DNA of 6,720 bases, taken from IMG/VR virus record IMGVR_UViG_3300029643_000047; one strand, written 5' to 3'. Made by a program: the position numbers and the translations under genes. Position 1 is the stretch's first letter. The number at the start of each line of letters is the position of its first letter. Below are positions 1 to 6,429 of this stretch, one piece after another. The notes below the pieces were generated by a model. The model was not told the DNA's origin, did not search any database, and was given only the letters and a program-made list of their open reading frames with translations. This DNA comes from a virus (taxonomy: Duplodnaviria > Heunggongvirae > Uroviricota > Caudoviricetes).

Positions 1-156
1 ATCGACTCAAACATGAAGAAATGAAATGACTGAGTCAGCCGAGAAGAATTTCCCCGCTTATTCGCACCTTCCCTAGTATTTTATGTTATTTCGAATAATT
101 ATGCATCAGATTACCATCCTACAATTGTGCATAAAACGAGCATTTTGCTGATTTTT

Positions 157-205
157 CTGCGGATGCCTGAGACAGACAACCTCAAGCACCCGCAGCAATT
201 TTACT
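157..205 (+). terminator. Candidate intrinsic terminator (plus orientation): imperfect 15-bp stem with 9-nt loop followed by a T-rich tract
   Basis: Seen in sequence: left arm 157-171 CTGCGGATGCCTGAG, loop 172-180, right arm 181-195 CTCAAGCACCCGCAG. By hand, 13 of 15 positions pair. The stem is followed by CAATTTTACTT, a short and interrupted U-tract. On the minus strand the hairpin is followed by an A-rich stretch, so it would only terminate plus-strand transcripts entering from the left edge. Confidence 0.3.
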
Positions 206-258
206 TAACTCCCGCTACCTCGCCAATATGAAATCAATAAGAAAGGTGCTCCATAAAA

Positions 259-945
259 TCACTCCTTCTCTTCTTTATCGTAGTGGAGTTGACCAATTTT
301 GATAAGAGGGCGTCCCTGAGATTTGCGGTGTAGATTGGTATCGCGCAGAGAATACACACAGCCACAATATTCCTGCTGATAGAATTTTTCGCGCTTGCTG
401 ATTTCAATCATGCGGGACGAGCCGCCCTGCTTGCGCCAGTTATAATCCCAGTACACCATGCCCGGATAATGCGCGACGGCTCGCCGCCCACAGTCGTTAA
501 CCTGCTGCATATTTTTCCAGCGTGAAATGCCCAGTGAACTGCTGATCACACTGAAACCATTTTCAGCAGCGTACAGCGCTGTCCGCTCAAAACGCATGTC
601 AAAACACATGGTACAACGGATCCCCCTCTCGGGCTCCCATTCCATTCCTTTGGCACGTTCAAACCAGTTGTCGGTGTCGTAATCAGCATCGATAAACGGC
701 ACGCCGTGTTGTTCAGCAAAGCGAATATTTTCATCCTTACGAATTAAATACTCTTTCTGAGGATGAATGTTCGGGTTGTAGAAAAAGATGGTATAGTCGA
801 TTCTCGAGGCCTGAAGTGCCTCCATCACTTCACCGGAACATGGAGCACAGCAAGAGTGCAGTAGTAGTTTGTTTGCCCCGTTTGGGAGCTCCAATTTAGG
901 CCGTTTGAAATCAGCAATAGTCATAAATATTTTTATTGGGGTCAT
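259..945 (-). CDS. queH: QueH-family (DUF208) epoxyqueuosine reductase homolog, predicted Fe-S enzyme of tRNA queuosine biosynthesis
   Basis: 228-aa ORF. The translation carries [11 protein letters not shown] near the N-terminus and EYCGCVYS near the C-terminus, the cysteine signature I associate with QueH/DUF208. Stop TGA at 261..259. Start ATG at 945..943 has no clear Shine-Dalgarno; an alternative ATG at 924..922 also lacks one, so the start is uncertain. Family assignment is from motif recognition, not a search. Confidence 0.75.
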   Translation of the reverse strand: MTPIKIFMTIADFKRPKLELPNGANKLLLHSCCAPCSGEVMEALQASRIDYTIFFYNPNIHPQKEYLIRKDENIRFAEQHGVPFIDADYDTDNWFERAKGMEWEPERGIRCTMCFDMRFERTALYAAENGFSVISSSLGISRWKNMQQVNDCGRRAVAHYPGMVYWDYNWRKQGGSSRMIEISKREKFYQQEYCGCVYSLRDTNLHRKSQGRPLIKIGQLHYDKEEKE

Positions 946-1098
946 GAAAATAGCACAGAGTGTAGCATCAGAGCAGGTCTATCGGGAATATATGTCTAAA
1001 TCTGGTAATATCTGGTTTTGACGCAAAGCGGACAACCACGCTGGCTCTACCCTGCGCCATGAAAATGTCAATTCACATCTGAACTAATGCTCTTTAAT

Positions 1099-1524
1099 CT
1101 AGTAACGTCTAAAATACCTAACATTTCCTTGATAAAATGCCAGTACACGCTGCATAGCTTCGCTCTTCCGGCACTCGCGACAGATTATATTCAGGCGCCT
1201 GTCGTAGCGGCGTATTTCGCCGTCTGGTAACGACCAGATAAGGTCCGGATCAACCACTGCAGGTTTCTTCACCTTTGCCCTTGAGAGTTTTTTGCGAGCA
1301 TTTTGCCAGTCCTTACGCGCCTGTTCAGACGGGAATAACCCGTAACCAGAGTTGTATACATCGCCACTGGCAACCAGCTCTCTGGCGAGAACACTCATCA
1401 GATATCTTGTCGCACCTGTCCTGGCTTCCAGTTGCCGCAACGTCTCGCGACCGCTCAGACGTACAAGTTCAACAACCTGCCCTTTAATTTTTTCCCGCTC
1501 TTCTTGTGTAAATACTTTTGCCAT
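1099..1524 (-). CDS. Hypothetical phage protein, 141 aa, basic, last gene of the minus-strand early operon
   Basis: Open frame 1099..1539 in the ORF track. I place the start at ATG 1524..1522 because GGAGG sits 5 nt upstream on the minus strand; the track's longer start is a TTG. Stop TAG at 1101..1099. It begins 15 nt after the stop of the upstream gene (1540). I do not recognise the family. Confidence 0.7.
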   Translation of the reverse strand: MAKVFTQEEREKIKGQVVELVRLSGRETLRQLEARTGATRYLMSVLARELVASGDVYNSGYGLFPSEQARKDWQNARKKLSRAKVKKPAVVDPDLIWSLPDGEIRRYDRRLNIICRECRKSEAMQRVLAFYQGNVRYFRRY

Positions 1525-1539
1525 AAGCGCCTCCGGCAA

Positions 1540-2310
1540 TCACTTTTCCGATACAACACGGCGGGAAGAATCAGTAATCTGTCGAACAATATCCCGGTGC
1601 TTGTTCAGCTCCCGCAGCGCGGCGCAGACTCGCTCCCACTTCTGAACATCACTTTTCGCCCTGCGCAGCGCCAGGTTTGCCCTGCGAAGGGACGGAAAAA
1701 TCAGCTCATCTGCTTGCGTTTCGGTAAACGATGGCAACGGCTGCACAATGTCCGCCACAGTTTCTGTTTTAATTTCTTCCTGTGTTGCGGCTTCCCGGAC
1801 TGGTAACGCAGCACCTGCTGGCTGAGGAAAGGCCTTACCATCACTTTCCGTTACCAGCGCGGCTTTCGGCTCTGCTGGTAAATTATCGCCCGGCATGCAG
1901 TAACGAAATTTACCGTTCTGATTAACGCGTGCCAGCCGCCCCGTTGCGGTTACCACCGCCAGCGTGGAAGCAACCTTGCGAGTACTGACACCGAACTTAC
2001 CCGCCAGTTCCTCACACGTTTTAGCCCCATCCTGACCGATAAACTCAATCATCATGTCTGCGGTAACTTTTTGTTCGACCTCCCCGGTCAGCATATCCTG
2101 TGCTTCAGATTTTACTGGCCGCTCTTCGGTTACCCGGGATTCACCTTCGCCAGCCAGAAACCAGGTGTGACCAGTTTTATCAACGACGCCTTTTCTTTTG
2201 AGTTCCCACAGCTCGTTGACAGCCTCTTCACGACTGATTCCAAGGCGAGCTGCCACCACATGTGAAGAGGCTTTTTTCAGTGCTTTCAGTGCGTCAGATA
2301 CGGTTTCCAT
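1540..2310 (-). CDS. Hypothetical phage protein, 256 aa, with two helix-turn-helix-like segments; sits where ydaW lies in K-12 Rac
   Basis: Start ATG 2310..2308 preceded by GGAGG with an 8-nt spacer; stop TGA 1542..1540. Two segments look like winged-helix DNA-binding units (VVAARLGISREEAVNELWELKRKGVV and CEELAGKFGVSTRKVASTLAVVTATGRLARV). The ydaW correspondence is from position only. Confidence 0.75.
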   Translation of the reverse strand: METVSDALKALKKASSHVVAARLGISREEAVNELWELKRKGVVDKTGHTWFLAGEGESRVTEERPVKSEAQDMLTGEVEQKVTADMMIEFIGQDGAKTCEELAGKFGVSTRKVASTLAVVTATGRLARVNQNGKFRYCMPGDNLPAEPKAALVTESDGKAFPQPAGAALPVREAATQEEIKTETVADIVQPLPSFTETQADELIFPSLRRANLALRRAKSDVQKWERVCAALRELNKHRDIVRQITDSSRRVVSEK

Positions 2311-2331
2311 TAAAATTTCCTCCGGACAAAA

Positions 2332-3078
2332 TTACTTCACAACCCTCATATTGCTGACATTTGGACGCCAGCTATCCCAGTTAAACGTCACCCATCGACC
2401 ACCGTTCATGGTCATGCGGTCCATAATCCTCTCACCAAGAAGCGTACTCATTGCGGCATGATTCAGGTTTGTTAACATCCCGACACTGCACAGTGATGCT
2501 GTCCGGCGATCAATTATCTGGTGCAATACCACCTGCTCGTTTTTCGTCTCCCGCTGAACGCCTATTTCATCCAGGACCAGCAAATCAACCCCGCAAAGCT
2601 CCTGTAAAAATTTTTCCCCGGATTTGCCGTTGTCGTAGCTGTCATGCAACACGCTCATGACGTCAGACACGGTGACGATAATCACGCTGCGCCCCTTCAC
2701 CATCAGCCGGTTGCCCATCGCCGCTGCAAGGTGATTTTTCCCGGTGCCGGTTTTACCGCTGAACACAAAATTCGTGCACCCGGTCATCAGTTCGTCAGCT
2801 ATGGATTTGGCCTGGCTCAGCGCGTATTTTTGCCCGTCGTTCTGCACCTGATAATTTGCAAACGAGCATTTGCTGTGCAGAGGCTGGATGCCCGAACGAT
2901 TCAGGATTTTTTCCACCCGCAACTGGCGATTCTGGCGGTTAATCTCCTCGCTGCGTTTTCGTCCTTCAGCAAGTTGCCATTCCCGCCACTCCTCCACCGT
3001 CCGGTACGGTGGAACCGACCCCTGTGGTGCAAGTCTGCGAATACGTTCAAGAACCCCAACTGCCGCAATGTTTTTCAT
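2332..3078 (-). CDS. ydaV: DnaC/IstB-like AAA+ helicase loader (phage replication protein, YdaV-like)
   Basis: 248-aa ORF. Walker A-like FSGKTGTGKNHLAAA and Walker B LLVLDEIG are visible in the translation. Start ATG 3078..3076 with GGGGGTGA upstream; only 6 nt separate it from the stop of the upstream O-like gene (3087..3085). Length and position match my recollection of YdaV in K-12 Rac. Confidence 0.88.
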   Translation of the reverse strand: MKNIAAVGVLERIRRLAPQGSVPPYRTVEEWREWQLAEGRKRSEEINRQNRQLRVEKILNRSGIQPLHSKCSFANYQVQNDGQKYALSQAKSIADELMTGCTNFVFSGKTGTGKNHLAAAMGNRLMVKGRSVIIVTVSDVMSVLHDSYDNGKSGEKFLQELCGVDLLVLDEIGVQRETKNEQVVLHQIIDRRTASLCSVGMLTNLNHAAMSTLLGERIMDRMTMNGGRWVTFNWDSWRPNVSNMRVVK

Positions 3079-3084
3079 GACACG

Positions 3085-3942
3085 TCACCCCCTGAATCCC
3101 GGCGGTATTTCAGTGTCCGGTTCAGAAATGTGATTCACGCAACGCTGCGCAGGCGAACGCCCCAGGCGGATAACCAGTTCATCCCATTTTTCCCGGAGTT
3201 TTGCCGGACTCATGATGTTTTTTACCCAGAACGAATCCCGCTGGAGACGCCCAAACATTTCACAAATTTGTCTGTGAGTTCTGCCATCCAGCATCCGCAT
3301 TGTGCGAACGTCATTGGCCCATGCTGTCCAGTTGGGTTCTTTCGGTCTAGTGATCTCGCCATCATAGCTGGCCGCCTGCTCGTAAAGACTCACGATTCGT
3401 CCCCAGATCCACTGTGCGCACACCAAATCTTCCTGACTTCCCCACTGGCGTTTTTTCGCACTGAACACAACCGCGTCAGGGTGTCGGGTTAAAAAATCCT
3501 GTTCAGCCGTCTGCGGGTCCGGTTGCGAAGCGTCCGGACAAGAAGATCTTTTATCTGACGGATCAGGTTTTAATACTGACGGATCGGGGTCAATCATCGC
3601 CCCCCTAATCGGCAGTTTTTTATCAACAGTTGATCCATCAAAATTTGACGGGTCAACCGTTGAGGGGTCATTTTTTGCCGGGCTAATTTTTCTTTTCGGT
3701 TTATATGACTCACGCGCCGCCGCCGCAGCTGCTTCGAGTTTTTCCACATTAAGCCGATAGATATTGCTTACATTACGCCCACCGACCTTACGCTCTTCCT
3801 TCGTCAGCCAGCCCTCTTTCGCCAGTTCTGCAATAGCCGATTTCACTGTGGATTCACTTCTTGCACCGATCTGACGCCGGATAGTTTCAATGGCAGGCCA
3901 TGACACGCCCTCGTCATTGCTGTAGTCTGCAAGACGGGCCAT
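3085..3942 (-). CDS. ydaU: Phage replication initiation protein (lambda O-like, N-terminal HTH), YdaU-like
   Basis: Open frame 3085..4032. Candidate starts are GTG 4032 (no SD), ATG 4017 (GGGGG 4 nt upstream), ATG 3966 (no SD) and ATG 3942 (GGTGG 5 nt upstream). I chose 3942, which gives 285 aa and matches the length I recall for YdaU; the true start could be 4017. HTH-like segment VSWPAIETIRRQIGARSESTVKSAIAELAKEGWL. Stop TGA 3087..3085. Confidence 0.8.
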   Translation of the reverse strand: MARLADYSNDEGVSWPAIETIRRQIGARSESTVKSAIAELAKEGWLTKEERKVGGRNVSNIYRLNVEKLEAAAAAARESYKPKRKISPAKNDPSTVDPSNFDGSTVDKKLPIRGAMIDPDPSVLKPDPSDKRSSCPDASQPDPQTAEQDFLTRHPDAVVFSAKKRQWGSQEDLVCAQWIWGRIVSLYEQAASYDGEITRPKEPNWTAWANDVRTMRMLDGRTHRQICEMFGRLQRDSFWVKNIMSPAKLREKWDELVIRLGRSPAQRCVNHISEPDTEIPPGFRG

Positions 3943-4039
3943 AACCGCCACCCTGGATAAGATCATGCCGGTGAAGGCGCACCCTTCCCAGACAAGACCA
4001 TGAAGCTTGCTGCTCATAAAACCCCCGAACACCGTGCTT

Positions 4040-4465
4040 TTAGTGCATCACCACAGCATTCCCTGCCGGGCCGCCGCGATTCATCTGGTCATACAAAACA
4101 ACCGCTGACGCAACAAAATCATCGACATCCTTCACCAGCCGATCCCTCCGTTCGACGATCTCACGGTAATATTCAGAACTGTGGCTGCGCATACGGGCCA
4201 CCAGCAAAGGCGGCATCGCCTTTTCGATCGCCGGTAACAGAGCCTGCATTTTTTCAACAGCATCAGGGGTGTCTTTATCCAGCCAACGGAAAATTTTCTG
4301 GGTATTACGGGCCAGGGCTTCCGGATGGCTGTCGTCGTACAGTTCAGGGAACGTCATCCCCAGTTCGAAATAAGTCCGGGCTATTTCAGCTGCAGGAACT
4401 TTCTCACCATCAGGGTATGCCCAGGCATTCATCGCCATGCGGATGTGCTCATGTTTGATTTTCAT
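4040..4465 (-). CDS. ydaT: YdaT (Rac prophage cII-like protein; toxic when derepressed)
   Basis: 141-aa ORF, start ATG 4465..4463, stop TAA 4042..4040. Its start overlaps the 3' end of ydaS by 17 nt. The translation (MKIKHEHIRMAMNAWAYPDGEK...) matches my recollection of YdaT, and the gene sits immediately after ydaS as in K-12 Rac. Confidence 0.85.
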   Translation of the reverse strand: MKIKHEHIRMAMNAWAYPDGEKVPAAEIARTYFELGMTFPELYDDSHPEALARNTQKIFRWLDKDTPDAVEKMQALLPAIEKAMPPLLVARMRSHSSEYYREIVERRDRLVKDVDDFVASAVVLYDQMNRGGPAGNAVVMH

Positions 4466-4772
4466 GAATCATTTGCCTCTTGATGCTTCGGGTATGATCG
4501 TTTTCGTCATTTGGTTGCTTCATCGACATATTCTGCGAATAACATGACGAGCGTCGTAAGTATGTCCAATCAACATCAGGACGAAGTTCTTCACACAGGA
4601 CACCACCTTTTGTTGCTCGTTCAATCGCAGGACATCTCTCAGCAGGTAACTGACGTACACCTTTGATCCATTGATTTACGCTTGGAGGAGATACACCTAA
4701 AAGCCTAGCCATTGCTGATTGCCCACCGACAACAGCACAAGCTCGTTTGAATGAATAGTTATCTTTTTTCAT
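4449..4772 (-). CDS. ydaS: YdaS (Cro-like HTH regulator of the Rac immunity region)
   Basis: Start ATG 4772..4770 with GGAG 8 nt upstream, giving 107 aa; the ORF track's longer form starts at a GTG at 4793 with no SD. HTH segment AMARLLGVSPPSVNQWIKGVRQLPAERC. Divergent from racR across a 124-bp operator region. Stop TGA 4451..4449. Confidence 0.85.
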   Translation of the reverse strand: MKKDNYSFKRACAVVGGQSAMARLLGVSPPSVNQWIKGVRQLPAERCPAIERATKGGVLCEELRPDVDWTYLRRSSCYSQNMSMKQPNDENDHTRSIKRQMIHENQT

Positions 4773-4799
4773 CGAATGAACTCCAAAAAACACGCAACA

Positions 4800-4829
4800 A
4801 TATTAGGCTTAGCCTAATGAAATTGTCAA
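4800..4829 (-). promoter_or_regulatory. pR-like sigma70 promoter for the ydaS-ydaT-replication operon
   Basis: On the minus strand: -35 TTGACA (plus 4829..4824), 18-nt spacer, -10 TAATAT (plus 4805..4800). The predicted transcript start is about 20 nt upstream of the ydaS ATG. The -10 overlaps operator site A and the -35 lies between sites A and B. Confidence 0.55.
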
Positions 4830-4868
4830 TAGGCTATGCCTAATACATCGAGAGTAGGGATTGCCTAA
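4802..4868. promoter_or_regulatory. Triad of operator-like inverted repeats (OR-like), consensus ATTAGGC-N3-GCCTAAT
   Basis: Site A 4802-4818 ATTAGGC TTA GCCTAAT has perfect 7-bp half-sites. Site B 4829-4844 ATAGGC TAT GCCTAAT and site C 4855-4868 TAGGG ATT GCCTAA are degenerate. Centre-to-centre spacing is about 26 and 25 bp. The sites lie between divergent racR and ydaS. Confidence 0.55.
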
Positions 4869-4896
4869 CGCGATGCGCATAGGAGACTATTAAGCA

Positions 4897-5373
4897 ATGC
4901 TTAGTGGTAAAGACTTAGGCCGAGCGATAGAGCAGGCCATTAACAAAAAAATTGCATCAGGAGCCGTCAAATCAAAGGCGGAAATCGCACGTCATTTCAA
5001 AGTCCAACCACCATCAATCCATGACTGGATTAAGAAAGGTTCGATAAGTAAAGACAAACTTCCAGAACTATGGCGTTTCTTTTCTGATGTGGTTGGTCCA
5101 GAGCATTGGGGGCTTAACGAATACCCCATACCAACCCCATCCACTTCAGATACAAAAAGTGAACTTTTAGACATAAACAGCCTTTATCAAGCCGCCTCTG
5201 ATGAAAAAAAAGCAATTGTGGCTTTCATCTTATCTGGAAATGCTACGGAGCCTAGTTGGGTTGATTATGACGTTCGCGCCTACATTGCCGCAATGGAAAT
5301 GAAGGTAGCTAACTATCTGAAAAATCAAGAATCAAAACGGAAAAGCCAGAACATCACCAAGACAGGAACTTAA
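4897..5373 (+). CDS. racR: RacR, prophage repressor (cI analog) with N-terminal HTH
   Basis: 158-aa ORF, start ATG 4897, stop TAA 5371-5373. The translation (MLSGKDLGRAIEQAINKKIASGAVKSKAEIARHFKVQPPSIHDWIKKGS...) matches my recollection of RacR. AGGAG lies 11 nt upstream of the ATG. The gene is divergent from ydaS and flanked on both sides by the same operator motif. Confidence 0.9.
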   Translation: MLSGKDLGRAIEQAINKKIASGAVKSKAEIARHFKVQPPSIHDWIKKGSISKDKLPELWRFFSDVVGPEHWGLNEYPIPTPSTSDTKSELLDINSLYQAASDEKKAIVAFILSGNATEPSWVDYDVRAYIAAMEMKVANYLKNQESKRKSQNITKTGT

Positions 5374-5447
5374 ACTTATATGGTCCGACGGGAAATTCCT
5401 AGTTCCCGTTAGTTAACTCCTACTACCTCTCCCACAAACCATCACCT

Positions 5448-5508
5448 ATTAGGTTGCGCCCAAATTATTAGGCATAGCCTATTGACAAGTAATTAGGCAT
5501 TTCCTATA
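5448..5508. promoter_or_regulatory. Second operator cluster (OL-like) downstream of racR with the same half-site motif
   Basis: Site D 5467-5483 ATTAGGC ATA GCCTATT is near perfect. Site E 5492-5508 ATTAGGC ATT TCCTATA has a degenerate right half. A weak third site at 5448-5465 has a good ATTAGG left half only. Sites D and E bracket and overlap the -35 and -10 of the promoter at 5482-5510. Confidence 0.5.
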
Positions 5509-5510
5509 GT
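5482..5510 (+). promoter_or_regulatory. pL-like sigma70 promoter with consensus -35 and near-consensus -10
   Basis: TTGACA at 5482-5487, exactly 17 nt spacer, TATAGT at 5505-5510. It fires away from racR into the downstream small ORFs. The 18-bp block GGCATAGCCTATTGACAA (5471-5488) is repeated in inverted orientation at 4840..4823 inside the pR-like promoter. Confidence 0.6.
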
Positions 5511-5691
5511 TTTCCCATACCAACCCATCCCGTCCCACACAATACAGGGCAATACCTCGAGTTACCAGGCAGTGGTCAGGGGTTAAGTAGCCAGCCCGAG
5601 GCGTAAGAACATGACGGCAGGGTTCAACTTTAATAACTATGCAGCAGGTTTTTGTTCCGCTACCCCGGCGTTAAGGGGAAATGAGGTCAGC

Positions 5692-5844
5692 ATGGATACT
5701 ATCGAGCTTGGCAACAACGAATCTCTGGTATGCGGCGTGTTTCCCAACCAGGACGGCACGTTTACCGCGATGACATATACCAGAAGCAAAACGTTTAAAA
5801 CTGAAGCTGGCGCGCGTCGCTGGTTAACCAGAAACACTGACTGA
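5692..5844 (+). CDS. Small early-operon protein, 50 aa (possibly YdaF-like)
   Basis: ATG 5692 with GAGG 5 nt upstream; stop TGA 5842-5844. The ORF track's longer form (from 5611) has no Shine-Dalgarno. The length is close to what I recall for YdaF of K-12 Rac, but that identification is from memory only. It lies about 180 nt downstream of the pL-like promoter. Confidence 0.55.
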   Translation: MDTIELGNNESLVCGVFPNQDGTFTAMTYTRSKTFKTEAGARRWLTRNTD

Positions 5845-5855
5845 TGAGGTTGACG

Positions 5856-6176
5856 ATGGAATTTAAAGATTTACCAGTACCATTCCAGGAAATGGCATCG
5901 AATGTGGTTCGCTCTCAACTGGCGACTCTTGACCTGAGTACCGTAGAAAAAGAAACCATCGACAATATATCCGGTAACGTACGCCGAGCCTTTATCGGGC
6001 TGTACGAAGAGAAGCAGCTCTCTGATAACCAGGATTTACATGAAAAATACTTCCTGGATCTAATGGACATCATTGATAAGGGGTTTGGCTTGTTAATGAA
6101 AAAGAAAGGGATTCGAATAGAACCCCTTGAAAATTACTTTGCAACAAAAAGCATTAATTCTTTTGATTCAAAATAA
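5856..6176 (+). CDS. Hypothetical small acidic protein, 106 aa
   Basis: ATG 5856 with GAGG 6 nt upstream. An alternative ATG at 5844 overlaps the upstream stop (TGATG) but lacks an SD. Stop TAA 6174-6176. The C-terminal half lies in AT-rich DNA. No recognisable motif. Confidence 0.6.
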   Translation: MEFKDLPVPFQEMASNVVRSQLATLDLSTVEKETIDNISGNVRRAFIGLYEEKQLSDNQDLHEKYFLDLMDIIDKGFGLLMKKKGIRIEPLENYFATKSINSFDSK

Positions 6177-6429
6177 GAGAATTAATTACAGACTTAACAT
6201 GCTCTTTCTCATGATTGAAGCTCTCATGATTGAAAGTGCCGGGTTGAAGCGAGTCGATATAATCAACAAGACTCTGTCGTACGACTTCATTTTTATCCAT
6301 AACAGATGCAAGAAATGAAATTGCTAAAAGAGTTATATCACTACGCGCCGCAGCATGTTGCAATGCTTTATCAAAATTATTAATCTGGCGTATCAGGGAG
6401 TTAATGATTTCATCATTTTCAGTCGACAT
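6154..6429 (-). CDS. Hypothetical small protein, 91 aa, convergent with the upstream plus-strand ORF
   Basis: ATG 6429..6427 preceded on the minus strand by AGGAGGG with a 4-nt spacer; stop TAA 6156..6154. The frame stays open upstream to the window edge, but that 97-codon extension is Arg/Pro/Thr-rich, GC-rich and non-protein-like, so I call the internal start. The region is AT-rich (about 36% GC by hand count over 6181-6420). Confidence 0.55.
   Translation of the reverse strand: MSTENDEIINSLIRQINNFDKALQHAAARSDITLLAISFLASVMDKNEVVRQSLVDYIDSLQPGTFNHESFNHEKEHVKSVINSLILNQKN

Noticed and set aside
546-734. 62-aa minus-strand ORF inside queH in another frame
   Set aside because: It is nested within the QueH coding sequence in a different frame and has no independent support.
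1001-1020. Short direct repeat TCTGGTAATATCTGGTT in the queH upstream intergenic region
   Set aside because: It is only 6 bp repeated once, with no flanking structure suggesting an att site, iteron array or CRISPR repeat; this is compatible with chance.
1275-1806. Three overlapping plus-strand ORFs (70, 97 and 124 aa) opposite the 141-aa and 256-aa genes
   Set aside because: They are mutually overlapping, have no SD-supported starts, give Ser/Arg/Leu-rich translations, and sit antisense to a tightly coupled operon.
2644-3492. 282-aa plus-strand ORF antisense to the DnaC-like and O-like genes
   Set aside because: It lies entirely opposite two well-supported genes with recognisable motifs, and its translation is His/Arg/Pro-rich and low-complexity. 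This is typical of a spurious antisense frame.
4000-4458. 152-aa plus-strand ORF antisense to ydaT
   Set aside because: The translation is Pro/Ser/Gly/His-rich, there is no ribosome-binding site, and it is fully embedded antisense to ydaT.
4773-4793. Longer ydaS form starting at GTG 4793
   Set aside because: The predicted pR-like transcript start falls at about 4792, so these codons would be at the very 5' end of the mRNA with no SD; ATG 4772 has GGAG upstream.
4992-5174. 60-aa minus-strand ORF antisense to racR
   Set aside because: It is embedded in racR on the opposite strand with no start signals.
5611-5691. N-terminal extension of the 50-aa ORF (77-aa version starting at ATG 5611)
   Set aside because: There is no Shine-Dalgarno before 5611, whereas the internal ATG at 5692 has GAGG at ideal spacing.
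5637-5837. 66-aa minus-strand ORF opposite the 50-aa gene
   Set aside because: It is antisense to a gene with a good RBS and sits downstream of a consensus plus-strand promoter; there are no signals of its own.
6127-6318. 63-aa plus-strand ORF overlapping the 91-aa minus-strand gene
   Set aside because: It starts inside the 106-aa gene and runs antisense to the SD-supported 91-aa gene; the translation is a low-complexity Ile/Leu/Asn-rich read of AT-rich DNA.
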